Assembly: GCF_006345805.1 (NCBI RefSeq)
Contig: NC_042999.1
Location: 54,126,001-54,190,000, forward strand
Length of the DNA: 64,000 nucleotides
From: Octopus sinensis
Taxonomy: Eukaryota
Direction: 5' to 3'
Shown in pieces: positions 1-46,833 of this stretch (position 1 is the first letter of the stretch; every line of letters starts with the position of its first letter). The notes beneath the pieces are model-generated. The model had not been told where the DNA came from and made no database searches. It saw only the letters and a list, made by a program, of their open reading frames with translations. The translations under genes and the position numbers were made by a program.

Positions 1-329
1 AACTTTGCTACTGCGACAAAGAATTACGAAGTACGAGGGTGAAAAAAAACATAAGAAAACATTAATCAAAGATTTTTACAAGATGTGCGAGCCGTGACAG
101 GTTTCTGATATCGAACTGCAAGATACCCCCTTCACAGAATTATACATATACTTTAGACTTTTCTCGATCGACTATCTCCACTAGATTCTGATTTTTTTAA
201 AAACAAACATTTCAAATTAGTGATATTCATTTAATCCATTAAAACAGTGGTTCTCACCTGGGGTCAATATGGTTCCCGAGGGGTCATATAAGATTTTTGA
301 GGGTAAATTGGGTAATACAGTTCTATATT

Positions 330-450
330 TAAGAGATGAGGAATTATATACATTATTTACATTTGACGGATATCTGTCCTTATCTTGTTAACACAACGTT
401 TCGGTTGACGTACTCTCCAGCCTCCATCAGGTGTCTTGGGGAAATTTCAA
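330..450 (-). mobile_element. Penelope-like element remnant with a degenerate minimal hammerhead (390-435)
   Basis: Minus strand reads gacac CUGAUGG aggcug...caacc GAAAC GUU guguu. Stem I is gacac/guguu and stem III is the palindrome AACGUU typical of Penelope minimal hammerheads. A9 is G. Confidence 0.55.
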
Positions 451-848
451 CATATTGGTGCCTGTTTCCATGGTTACAAGCTAAAATATAGTCTGCTACA
501 CTTTTTTTCTTGTTTTTAATTTTATAGGGTTTTTCTGGACATTTCCAGCCTAATGTATTAGTTTAATTCCTAACTTAATTATTTTTTTAAACGATTAATT
601 ATATATATTTATTGGGCTTGTTGGTTTTATCTAGATGAATGTGATTTTTATATATTTGTATTTAGATGTGTGTATGATAAATGTAAATATAAAGGTAAAG
701 GTAAAGATAAAAAATAATAGAGATAAAATTTGTGAGTTTAGGTATATGTAGTCAACTCGTTTAACCTTTCGAATATCATGGGGAAATTGAAAACCGAGGA
801 TGTGGTTTCCTACATACAAGAGAAGGATGTTATCCCTAAAAGGAAGTT

Positions 849-1311
849 GTGATAAAAAAAGAACACATTCAGTTTTGTGTTGAAGAACTGGGAATGAACC
901 TCTGTACAGCTGTTGATTACAACAACAATGTTCGTGAAATATGTACGGAGGAGTTGCCTCACAACTCAGTTCATATAGATGGGCATGGAAAAATTGCAGA
1001 GATAGACAAAACGGTCTTCTCGAAAGGTAAATACAACCAATGAACGGTGCTGTCTGAGCAGTGTGTTTTCAGAGGACAGTGTCGCAATACCTGACGTTTT
1101 TCTTTATGCGGCGCCATGTCGGAATCGCAACACTCTAGAGCAATGCAACCGTCAGTCGGTTCTTCCAGGAACCACAATTTACAGTGACTTGTTGAAGTCT
1201 CACGTTCCTGAAATTGATGATTCGAATTTTCGACAAAGAACAGTTAATCGTTGCGTTGGGTTTATCAACTTGAAAGATGATACCCACCCGCAACATGTGG
1301 AATGCACATAG
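849..1311 (+). pseudogene. Merlin / ISXO2(IS1016)-like DDE transposase fragment, degenerate
   Basis: ORFs 849..1043 and 1063..1311: TAVDYNNNVREIC, G.GKIAEID.T.FSK.KYN, VLPGTTIYSD, TVN...GFI...TH.Q.VE. Confidence 0.75.
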
Positions 1312-1339
1312 TCTCTGAATTTTCGCTACAGAATATGTA

Positions 1340-1757
1340 TACTCTTACTCTTTACTCTTTTACTTGTTTCAGTCATTTGACTGCGGCCATGCTGGAGCAC
1401 CGCCTTTAATCGAGCAACTCGACCCAGGGACTTATTCTTTTGTAAGCCCAGTACTTATTCTATCGGCCTCTTTTGCCGAACCGCTAAGTGACGGGGACAT
1501 AAACACACCAGCATCGGTTGTCAAGCAATGCTAGGGGACAAACACAGACACACAAACACACACACGCATATATATATTTATATACATATATACGACGGGC
1601 TTCTTTCAGTTTCCGTCTACCAAATCCACTCACAAGGCTTTGGTCGGCCCGAGGCTATAGTAGAAGACACTTACCCAAGGTTCCACGCAGTGGGACTGAA
1701 CCCGGAACCATGCGGTTGGTAGACAAGCTACTTACCACACAGCCACTCCTGCGCCTA
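1340..1757 (-). mobile_element. tRNA-derived SINE family A (ggcgcaggagtggctgtgtggtaag...cccgtcg-(TA)n-...aagtaaaagagtaaaagagt)
   Basis: A/B-box-like head and (aagagta)n tail; near-identical copies elsewhere in the window. Confidence 0.85.
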
Positions 1758-2379
1758 TTGTAATTTTTCGCAAAAGATTTTCATTAAGAATTATTTACAT
1801 GCCACTTTCGATATTTCACAATACTTTATTCACTAAAACTTGTTCAAATTTCCTCCGTTGTAAAGCTGCCATCACGCACAAGATGCCAGCTTCAAAATCC
1901 TGATTTCTCATTGGGTAAAAATAATCAAACTTTAAGTTGCTGTAATAGTTTTCAAATAGCAAGTGAATAACGGCATCAGACTCAGCGGGAACAGTTTTTA
2001 CTTAATTTTAGAATTTCAAATGAGATCTTGTTAAACAAAAGTGAAGATGAGCATTTTCATGTATAAAATACAAATTTCCATCAGTTTCATTGAATATAAT
2101 AAATTCAAAATTCATTGACTCACTTACCTTGATAACATAACAAACAAAAAAAAATCATTTATCAATGTGAAGTTACATGCAGTTATTGCGCGAATTAGTG
2201 CAAGCAGGCGATTTGTGTGACAAAGTGACAAGACATATTGCAAGAAAGTGCAGTTACATGCATTTACTGCCCGGGTTTAGTTAGTGTTAATATGTTTTAT
2301 GCAAGCAACATTAAAATGCTGACTAGAAATAAATATGCGATAAGTAGACAAGGATTGAGACAATAGGGGGAAATAAGCA

Positions 2380-2940
2380 TCAGAGGTGCTTTGTAGCAAT
2401 TAGAAACTGCGAGGGATATTCAGAGGTTTTACAAGCTCTTCTAAATCCCTCACAATACTGGAAACCCTTCTATCTCATCAGCAGGATTTTCAGAGTAACA
2501 AGCGTTTCGCCCCTTAACCTGTATACTTCAACTGAGTGGAGCATCAAGGACTGAGCTAGTGTTTAGCTACGGAAGGGTACCAGTTGCTGCCTATTACCAA
2601 CTATAATCAACCAACCTGAGCCAGTTTCAGTTGCCGTACCTATTTCCTTGATAGCTTTCTTCAGTTGTCAGGGTTCCAGATCTATCTTCTGCAGGAAATA
2701 GCGCACTGATCTTGATGGAAAGCCGCAGTAGCCGACTTCGATGGGGAATGAGGCCGCATGCCATCCTTTGACAAGGATCTATATTATTAACCAAATCGAA
2801 TTTATGTGTAACCCTTCCAGTGCCGGAAATATAAGTACCACCAATTGTAAACCTCATCTTTATAGGGACTTTAAGTGGTTCAGTTGTAACTGTTAAACTT
2901 GCTTTAACATGATAATCGTAATTTAACATTTACAGCGAGT
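2380..2940 (-). mobile_element. HERO-like RLE LINE, internally deleted 3' fragment plus 3' UTR (a second family)
   Basis: Minus strand encodes GWHAASFPIEVGYCGFPSRSVRYFL...KKAIKEIGTATETGSGWL, homologous to FPIEVGCRGF in the 12.2-17.0 kb element. The MRFTIG segment resembles its RT. Confidence 0.75.
2457..2584 (-). ncRNA. Candidate permuted/pseudoknotted hammerhead ribozyme, degenerate copy, in a HERO-like 3' UTR
   Basis: Order: outer helix acugguacccuuc, II guccuu, III' aaguaU-A, I caggu, II' aaggggc, GAAA, III cgcuu, I' auccug, CUGAUGA, outer' gaaggguuuccagu. Confidence 0.5.
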
Positions 2941-3087
2941 ACCACCAGATTACTAGAGGAGAACAATCGAGTCTATCTTTCCCTATAAATATCAAGTCTT
3001 TTGCTTTTATTAGCAAACGTTTTAATCATTAAATATTTTAAAAAAAACTTGTAAGACAACTCTATAAATTAGAAAATCACTATTTGT

Positions 3088-3401
3088 AAATCTCGCAACG
3101 AGAGATAATCAGCAACAGTACTTTGGAGTAAAGATTATTTACCAACATAACATGGCATTCCTGGTTTAGGATGAATGTTGCTGTAATTTAGCTTCCAGGA
3201 GGCATCGTCTTCAGCTGGCCATACGACACGATCTGTTCCCTTATATTTTCGAACAAGGGAACACAGATCGTGTCGTATAGCCTGCTGAAGACGATGTCTC
3301 CTGGGGCTAACCCTAACCCTAATGTATCCAGGGGCTAAATCACAGCAACATTCGTCCTAAACCAGGATTGGCATATCATGTTGGCAAATAATCTTTACTC
3401 C
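3088..3401. mobile_element. Foldback MITE (second copy at 25872-26139)
   Basis: Arms tggagtaaagattattt...cacgatctg and cagatcgtg...aataatctttactcca; same leader (aaatctc.caacgagagata.tcagcaacagtac) as the 25.9 kb copy. Confidence 0.7.
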
Positions 3402-3703
3402 ATCTCTATAAATGTTTCAGTATTATTATGACCTCATCAGAGATACAGGGACTTTAATGCACTTATCGAAGTAGAGTTCAGAGAATGCACTTATCGAAGT
3501 AGAGTTTACAGACTGAAACAGTTGTTTAATGGCTGATAGAGAAATACAGGAATGTTTTTAAAATTCAGTCATTCGAAGGTAAATATAAAAATAACAAGAT
3601 TTGGTATGGCTCAACACGTCACTCCTATCCACACATCTTCCCTCCCCATCCAATGTTAGAATCGAGATTGTTTACACTCCGTGTAATAATAATAATAATA
3701 ATA

Positions 3704-3756
<53 letters not shown>

Positions 3757-4465
3757 CATTAGCGGCACAAGATCAGAGTTTTCTCATTCAGAACTATCAA
3801 ACTACTGCCACACACAATGAAGTAGGCACAGAGTGTAGACTCTGCAATGAAAAACTGGAGAGTATTGACCACATTGTTGATGGTTGCTCGGTCGTTGCCC
3901 CAACAGAATATAAACCAAGCGTGATTGAGTTGGTCAATACTTACACTGGAACGTATGCCGTCACTGACATGCTGAACCCCAAGAACTGGTATGAACAAAA
4001 TTCGGAGCCAGTCACCGACAATATGTTACCAACCTATGGAATTATGGGATACATAAAGCCAGGTAGATAAATCCTAACCGACCAAATACCGTCATCAAAG
4101 ACCTAAGACAAAAATCATGCCTGCTAACTGCTATGACTGTGCCAAATGATAGAAACATCTCAGCAAAGGAATTTTAAAAAATTGTTCAAATATAAGGACC
4201 TTGAGGTTGAGATATCTAGGACGTGGCAATAAAAAGTTCAAAACCATCTCTGTTATTCTAGGTACCCTGGAAATGATCAAGAAAGATACAGACAACTTTT
4301 TTTTTATCAGAGCCCTGGGAAACCACCAATGAGACTCCAAAAATTGTGTGAACATCAACCGCCCACAATCTCAGGAAGTTTCTCATCGTCTAATATATAC
4401 GTACCTCAGGTCTCTGATTGAGACCCTACCGGAAGAGGAAATAAAATGCAAATCAATCGGAAAAT
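3757..4465 (+). mobile_element. Degenerate R4/Dong-like LINE 3' fragment between (ATT)/(AAT) microsatellites
   Basis: Decayed homologue of the 34.3-35.1 kb region (AAQDQS, CRLC..ESIDHI..GC, YKDLE.EI..W). Confidence 0.7.
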
Positions 4466-4484
4466 AATAATAATAATAATAATA

Positions 4485-4597
<113 letters not shown>

Positions 4598-4614
4598 TAT
4601 GATTATTATTATTA

Positions 4615-4650
<36 letters not shown>

Positions 4651-4827
4651 CATTTAGTAAAACCAATCATTTTGTTAAGAGCCAATCGATTTGCTGGTTA
4701 CTTAAAGCAATTAGATTGAGAAGTAGTTTTATTGATGGATTTAATGGAAATGTCAGAGGAAAGTAATTTTTCTTACGAAAAGTACGTGGCATATGGACTG
4801 GTGTAGAGGTATGTTTCATATATATAT

Positions 4828-4871
<44 letters not shown>

Positions 4872-4872
<1 letters not shown>

Positions 4873-5190
4873 TAGCAACATAGCCCGGCGTTGCCCGGGT
4901 ATGTAAGAGCCCCTAGTAGGCAACGACTAATCCCAATCTAGTCCTTTCCCTCTAGGGAACGAAGGCGCATGTGTAGGTTGCAATGTCTTCTCTTCACTCG
5001 AATACTTCTGTCTATACGATGTTCCTAGCTGCCCCTTTGGGCGAAAACATGAAAACATCATTGCGCCTCCCAACGCGTGAACAGCCCACGTAGAGTTGAC
5101 CGTGGGCGACATCAGTGGAATATACGCAGAATTTATTTACTACGGTGATGTTTTAACCATATCTTACATGGAATTAAGAAGCGGGCATTT
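4872..5190 (-). mobile_element. Helitron 3' end (PIF1 helicase C-terminus, hairpin and CTAG)
   Basis: Minus strand encodes QLYVGCSRVG and ends cccgggcaacgccggg-ctatgttg-CTAG. Confidence 0.75.
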
Positions 5191-5324
5191 TAAACGGGTC
5201 ATGATGAATACGTGCATATATATGTATGTATACGTTCGTATATGTAAGTATTCGCATGTTGTATTTATATATATATTTATGTTTCTCTCTGCGTATATTC
5301 CACTGATGTGGTAAAGCACATCAG

Positions 5325-5535
5325 AGGCTAAACACAGAGGACAAACAAGGACAGACAAACGGATTAAGTCGATTATATCGACCCCAGTGCGAAACTGGTA
5401 CTTAATTTTTCGACCCCGAAAGGATGAAAGGCAAAGTCAACCTCGGCGGAATTTGAACTCAGAACTTAACGGCAGACGAAATACTGCTAAACATTTCGCC
5501 CGGCGTGGTTAACGTTTCTGCCAGCCCGCCGCCTT
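5325..5535 (-). mobile_element. tRNA-derived SINE family B (Nin-domain-like core gcctttcatcctttcggggtcgataaa)
   Basis: Copies also at 6376, 20064, 41090, 42054, 51714 and 59780. Confidence 0.8.
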
Positions 5536-5589
5536 AGAAAGTAGAAAGTAGATACCATCTCTCCAAAGATCTTTGCCGCATGTGTAGAC

Positions 5590-6335
5590 GTAGTTATCAA
5601 GGACATCGCCTGAACAGGTGGCGTGAACTTGAATAGAGAGGAACTAACACACCTCCAATTAGCAGATGACATTGTACTCATCGCTGAAATCCCAGACCAA
5701 CTGCAGACCATGCTAACAGAGCTGAACACTGAGAGCCTCGCTGTAGGTCTTCGAATGAACTGCATGTAAATTAAATATATTAGATCGGAAGATGCAGCAC
5801 AAATCCGAATTATGGTGGAAAGTGATGAAACCAAGGATTATGTAAAGGAGCACCTCTACTTAGGGTGCACAGTGAATACACGTCGAGATATGGACGCTGA
5901 AATCCCAAAGGGAATAAGGGCAGAATGGAAGGTGTTTAACTCAATAAAGGGTATGCTCCAATCAAAACTGGACAATGTCATACGCGCCAGACTCTTCAAC
6001 AGCACTGGTGTGCCTGCGCTCGTATACGCAAGTGGAACGTGGACTGCTACGAAGGGCACAGGATTTTAATCGCCTACGACGGAAAGAGCCATGGAAAGAT
6101 CGATGCTAGGAATATCATTGCGAGAACAAATTTGCATTGAGATAATTCTAGAACGGTGCAGAGCGAACGATGCGATCGTAAAGTACTGAAAGTACGAGTT
6201 CCGCTGAACCGGACGTGTCGCAATGTTCACATACAGCAGGTGGGCCCGTGCAGTTGCTAAATGGTGTTCAAGAGACCCGGAAAGACTATTTGGAATGCCT
6301 CCATAGCGATAGAAAAGGCGATTTGGTGTAGCAAT
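5590..6335 (+). mobile_element. RTE-clade LINE 3' fragment (RT end), degenerate
   Basis: HLQLADDIVL, YLG, FNSTGVPALVYASGTW, ERAMERSMLGI. Confidence 0.75.
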
Positions 6336-6375
6336 TTGGATCATAATGGCGGTAGTAATTAAGGTGGAAACATAC

Positions 6376-6610
6376 CTATTTCTTTATTACCCACAAGGGG
6401 CTAAACATAGATGGGACAAACAAGGACAGACATAGGTATTAAGTCGATTCCATCGACCCCAGTGCGTAACTGGTACTTAATTTATCGACCCCGAAAGGAT
6501 GAAAGGCAAAGTCGACCTCGGCGGAATTTGAACTCACAGCGTAACGACAGACGAAATACGGCTACGCATTTCGCCCGGCGTGCTAACGTTTCTGCCAGCT
6601 CGCCGCCTTT
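6376..6610 (-). mobile_element. SINE family B with target-site duplication (gtggaaacatac)
   Basis: Direct repeat aaggtggaaacatac at 6361 and aaagtggaaacatac at 6612 flanks a full copy. Confidence 0.85.
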
Positions 6611-6865
6611 TAAAGTGGAAACATACCAAATGGGTGGAGAATAGGTGAAGTGCAGTTAGTTGCATGCAGAGACATATGACGTGTACAGAAGCAATGACAA
6701 TAGTAATAGGAACAAATATTATTTAATTGTAGCTTTGCAAAACTTAGAAGCAGGAATAAAAAGTATTTAAGTAAATTGCTTAAAATCAAAGCATGCTGGT
6801 GAGAAGGGTGCAATAGAGCGGAACGTGAGGTATGCATAATGAGACGATGGCAAAACAGCAAACTT

Positions 6866-40886
<34,021 letters not shown>

Positions 40887-41089
40887 TTTCGATCCCGTTC
40901 AATTATTTACTAAAATAAATCAGGAAAAAAAAAAAATTTAAATGTAAAGTCAATACGTTAGAAGTGTTATCATTTCTCATTAATAAATATTTTCGTGGTT
41001 AGTTACATCTAATTAAATCCAAATCAATTAAATGGTATATAGATTATGTAAGTACAGGCTAATGAAAAATGTCAAGCCAGAAAACAAGC

Positions 41090-41295
41090 TTCAAATATTG
41101 GCACAAGGCCAGCAATTTTGGAGAAGAGGAGGTAAGTCGATCCCATCGACCCCAGTACATGAATGAGACCTATTTTATCGACCCTCAAAGGCAAAGTCAA
41201 CCGTAGTGGAATTTGAAATCAGAACGTAATGGCGGACTAAAATACTGCTAAGCATATTTCCCGGCGTGCAACCCATTCTGCAATCTCTCCGCCCA
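41090..41295 (-). mobile_element. Diverged SINE family B
   Basis: Similarity to 6376-6610. Confidence 0.65.
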
Positions 41296-41409
41296 GCATA
41301 AAATATTATAATTCAAACTTAGTTGAAGCAAAGATCTTTGAAGAAACATCTTTCATAAGAGATTTCTTTTGCAATCAAGATGATGCCACTGCAGACAAAG
41401 AACACCACA

Positions 41410-42050
41410 GGTCTTAGGGAGCTCTACCTGTTCGAGACAAGCTCTTCAGACACGGAAGTGCTGTCAGACGGACCTGTCCGAGATGTGTGCAGGGTGATGC
41501 AACCGTCCTGCATGCACTCGTTCAGTGCTCGGGCATTAGTGACTTGTGGAGCTTTGTCGAACAGCTGTCGTCGCGTGTAGGACGGATCCGGTTATCAGCT
41601 GAGTCGATCATGAAGCTCGCTCCAGCGCCTTCTTTTGGCCGAGAAGAAAAGGCAGTTTTCCTCTGTCTGGTGACTATGGCGAAAGAGGTAGTGGGGTGGA
41701 CGAGACTGAAAGGACTGAGGACAAAATTTCCACTTCGGCCAAGCACTCATCGACTTTTCAAGTTCCACTTGAAAAGGAAAGCGAGAGTGGAGAGGGATGT
41801 TCCCCCACCTCACCCCAACCCGATAGTAATTTTGTTGAAATGTGGGTGAGTGTGGCGAGAATGGCCCTTGTGAATGGGACTACTCTAAACATTCGCTAGT
41901 GAACCGGAGGGGTTGAGGAGAAGGGCGCCTGCCGAGGTGCACCTGGTGATCAGAGTAACCAGGATGTGTGGGGTTCTTCTATTGCCCCTGTGAGGACCTG
42001 CCCCTTTTGGGAATTTTATTGTTTAATTGTATTGTTAATTGTTATTGATT
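41410..42050 (+). mobile_element. L1/Tx1-clade LINE ORF2 C-terminus (zinc knuckle) and 3' UTR
   Basis: GALPVRDKL, TCPRC....TVLHALVQC, AKEVV.WTR; T-rich tail. Confidence 0.65.
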
Positions 42051-42053
42051 GTA

Positions 42054-42263
42054 AGGCAGCGAGCTGGCAGGATCGTTAGCACTCCGGGAGAAATGCTTAG
42101 CAGTATTTCGTCTGGCACTACGTTCTGAGTTCAAATTCCGACGAGGTCGATTTTGCCTTTCATTCTTCCGGGGTCGATAAAATAAGTACCAGTCATGTAC
42201 TGGAGTCGATGGGATCAACCCATCCCCTCCCCCAAAATTGCTGCCCTTGTGACAAAATTTGAA
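42054..42263 (+). mobile_element. SINE family B
   Basis: ggcagcgagctggcag head and Nin-like core. Confidence 0.75.
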
Positions 42264-42378
42264 GCCGCTACTGTTATATATTTTATACCCGACATTGTTT
42301 CAAACCTCACTTGTCTTTGTGTTGTTTTGTTCCTATTCGTTTTGTGTTCAGCCCTTGTGTCCAATAAAAGAAAATCAC

Positions 42379-42506
<128 letters not shown>

Positions 42507-42689
42507 TTATTATTATTATCATCATCATCATTATTATTATTTACTTTAAATCTGCATGTTTGTTATACACCCAGCGTCCTAAGGTGAGTGAAGGATAAGA
42601 GATATATGTTACAGTATGACTGAAAGCTTGGGGAAGGGAATTTACAGGGGAAGTAGCGAAATACCTTCATGTAATAGAACACAAACATT

Positions 42690-43130
42690 TAAATTGATAG
42701 GGCTTTTCTAAGAATATGGGCAGTATATATATGAGCACAATATTTTGGATTTCTCTGAGACATGGTTCTCCTGGGATCTTATCTAGATGTTTCTAACACC
42801 CCTTTTTTTATCATACCTAGGGTACCCGCAATAACAGGAACAGTTCTCGCTTTGAGATACCACTTCTTTTGTATTTCAATATCCAGGTCCTTACATTTAC
42901 TTTATTTGTCAAATTCCTTGACAGATATATTTTTATCAGTGGCAATACATACATCAAGTAGTCTACAAGTATTTTCTTCCTTTCCTTAATGACTATGTCT
43001 GGTCGATTAACCTGGATCGTTCTGTCGGTGTTGACTGGAAAATCCCAGAGGGTAGTGACATCTTTACCTTCGACAACTGGCTCAGGATGATGTTCATACC
43101 TGTAAGCAGGAGGAGTGCCAATTTTGTAAT
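42690..43130 (-). mobile_element. R4/Dong-like RLE 3' fragment
   Basis: YEHHPEPVVEG..TTLWDFPVNTDRTIQVNRPDIVI. Confidence 0.75.
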
Positions 43131-43569
43131 GTTCAATGTCCTTGTATGTTATCTTTGTCATATCTCAGCTCCTTCCTGCAGTTTCGAGTAGCAAACAGTT
43201 TCCTCGACAATTGTACTTTCCGCAGTATACTTCCAGTGCTGTCTTGTAGTTTCAACTTGTCATGCCAGGTGTCTGCGTTCTTTTGAGATGCTTTCAAATG
43301 CACCAAACACGATGGCTGTCAAACTCACTTTCAAGATTGTATGGTTATACGCTCCACTTCGAACGATTGCTCTTCATAACTTTCGATTTTCTCATTCTCT
43401 ACCTTCACACTCTTCCCATCTGCATTTACTACTACTACCACCACCACCACCGCCGCCACCACCATTATTACTACTACTCCCACTACTAGGTATAAATGAT
43501 ATAGTTTCTCCCTCTCATTAAGGTCAAACAGACGGTTCTCATAAATGTTTCAAAGATATTACGCCAATT

Positions 43570-43617
<48 letters not shown>

Positions 43618-45175
43618 TTCTCTCTTTCGTATTTCACTAATCCTTAACTATCTACCTTCAATAGCTAGGCAAGTGCACACCTGGCAAAGCTAACCTGCAT
43701 GCACTGTAACACGGTATACAAACACATACCTTATAAATGCAATGTGAATACTACCTGGAGGGTGGTGTCCTAGTGTATATAACAATGAAAAGAGAGATCA
43801 AAAACTAACAATAACATATGTCAACCTATCTCATAAATTGAAAGTGACATTAGATGTATATAACTTGTGTGTGTGTGTGTGAGCGTATGTGTATGTGTAC
43901 GTGTGTGTGTATTTCATATATATGTATGTATATATGTATGTATATAAATATATGTGCGTGTTAGTAAAATATATACAAAGGTGCTTGTATGTGGGTATGT
44001 GTATATACGTGTGCATTGATATAGTTCGGCATTGTAATTCACAGCGCATGTGTATTTTGAGTCTAGTGTCAGATTACTGATGGACGGGAAGGCATTCCAG
44101 CAGTGACCGTCGCAGTTTTTTTCCCTATGTACTTGGAAATCAAAACCACCCTGTCCAATTTTTCTCCTTTACGATGTTCAGCTGTGACTTTGAGGGACAT
44201 TTGGCTGTTATTTCAACCCCCTAGTAACTCTTAATAGCAGCTGTCCCTCTGGTGGTGTAGCGATGGAGATGTATCGTCATAGGACCACCTTAATTAGGGG
44301 AAGTTTTAGATCGAAACAAAACAGGAATGATTTAACAATGCCAGATGCGGTTGGACGTTCCCTGCTTCTGAATCAACATATAAATGGCTGAGTATTCCAC
44401 AGATATGTGGACCCTTAATGGGATTCTCAGACAGAACTAGTGTGACAGTGAGTAGCAAAGCGAGGTCTTTTAAATTATGGTTCTGCAATCAAACTGACGG
44501 TCTCTCACAACCCAATTTGCTCACAAGCAGGAGGTCGACCCAAGACTATAGAAAATGGCACTTGCCTAAGATACCACACAGTAATTCCAAGTAATTCCAT
44601 ACCAGTAATTCCACACCAGAAATTCCAGACATCAAAGTCACAGACAAACTGGCTTAGTGCTACAGCTCCAGCTACAGGGTTATCTTTCAAGCAAGACCCT
44701 CCGCGATATTTAAATTTGCAGAGGACATTTTTCCCTTTTATTATTGGCAAAAACTGAAGAGGAAGCAATTTTGCTGAAAGAATGACAAGAGCCACAAACC
44801 TAATACATATCTTCGTCCTGAAAGGGTACGCAAGTCACAGCCAGCGGCCAGTAGCAGTGGTCACCAGATGTAATTCCCTGGTTTTCCTACAAAAAACAAA
44901 AAACAAAAATACAGTTCAGAATAAATTAAATTAAACGTTGAATATTTGGGATTCAGACAATATCTTTTATCTTTCGCTTGTTTCGGGCATTAGACTGCGA
45001 TTATGCTGGGGTACAGCCTTGAAAAATCTTTAGTCGAATGAATCGACCCTAGTAGTTCTTGTGGGGTGGAGGCTGGTACTTATTCTTTCGGGTTCTTTTG
45101 CCGCTGTTACGAGACATAAACAAACCAACACCGGTTATCAAGCGGTGGTGGGGTACACGTATACAGTCACACACA

Positions 45176-45249
<74 letters not shown>

Positions 45250-46084
45250 AACACACACAGACACACACATACCAGATCATAACTGTCAATTCACTACTAT
45301 ATCACGACAACCCGCTGCACATTTATATATTGCACAACACCACCCCCATTTATCAAACGCTGTGGCCCTTCATATCTTCCTACTGGTCGGTACTCAACCG
45401 GTTTTATCCATACCCTGCTATCTGTCCCTGACAGCAGATGTGTTTCCCCCACTAACCCATTAGAAAAAAGTTAGGTCAGAGCCTGCTCCTCCATAGCCTG
45501 GCTCTCCATCGTTTACGACGATGCTCTCCAGTTGATCCGATCAACGGAACATGATGCTCGTGAAATGAACCCGAAAAGGAATGAGTACTCCATGGACACA
45601 AGTCTTCTTAAAGTAGTTCTCAGGGAGATTCAGCGTGACACGGAATGTGGCAAGGCTAGCCCTTTGAAAAACAAGTACAATTCATTTTTGCCAGCTGAAG
45701 GGGACTGGAGCAACGTGATGTATTAAGTGTCTTACCCAAGGGAACAACACCCAGTCGGAAATCGATCTTACCTTGCAGTCGTCAGCTGAATTCCCTGACT
45801 ACTAAACTATGCACCTTCACTGCTCCCAACAATATAAACTCACCAACAGGAAGTCTACCAAATGTTTCACTGATAGCTGTAACACTCCGTGAGTGGGGAG
45901 TAAAATTTACAACGTTAGGAGAAAGTGACCTCCACCTCCTCACTACAAACTGGGCGGCACTTACCCAGTGTCAAATTTCCTACAAGATTCTTTACCTCCT
46001 TACTTCCACTGCTCAGTCGTTATGGTTTTCTCTACCCCTGCTGACCGTTTTAATACTAACTCTACTCAGTTCACACTAAGTAAA

Positions 46085-46699
46085 TCTATATATAAAAAAC
46101 TCAACTTGTGTGCCTGTGTGTGTATCTGTGTGTGTCTGTGTGTTTAACTTCCTGGCACATCTCCTCCAAGCCAACAAATCGTAGAACCACCAAAAATGGG
46201 TCACTTAAAGTTTAGGCGAATGAAAATTGAACTGCGCTATTTCTGTTCCGAAATTCATCTCGCAAGTGCAAAAATCAATAATGTGTTTGTTTAGGCCTTA
46301 TCCCATGCATTGAATAGTGAACTTTACTCAGTCAGCTGTTTGACGTGAACTGTGTTCACCACGCGTGCAAGCATGCGTAAATTGCATGAAAAATAAAAAA
46401 TCAAGATATAAAAACGAATCGCCGTAAACATTGTAGAAATTCGGCAAAGAAATGAATTTTCGGGATGTAGCCTGGAGGGTTTTTTCTTATTAATCGTTTG
46501 GACTTTGTGAACACATATCAATTGTTTTCATAACATTTTTAACGCTTTGAATTAAATGTGACCATTTTGCGTTGAGTCCGCAGTATGAATCACTTTAACC
46601 AAATTTTAGCAGGCTGGATTTTTGATCATCACGATACATCGCCAGCGACTCCCTGAAACTCTCCCCTGAAATCCAAGTTGAGCCGGGCAATACTGCTAG
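46085..46699 (+). mobile_element. Non-autonomous Helitron
   Basis: A|TCtatatataaaa 5' end like the 38928 copy, and ...ccgggcaatactgCTAG|T 3' end. Confidence 0.6.
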
Positions 46700-46779
46700 T
46701 CTCTATTAAACTTTCCTGTTTACATTCAACCAAGTTCACCATCAGGTACGAAGGAAGGTTATAAGTTTGTGTATTTTTG

Positions 46780-46833
<54 letters not shown>

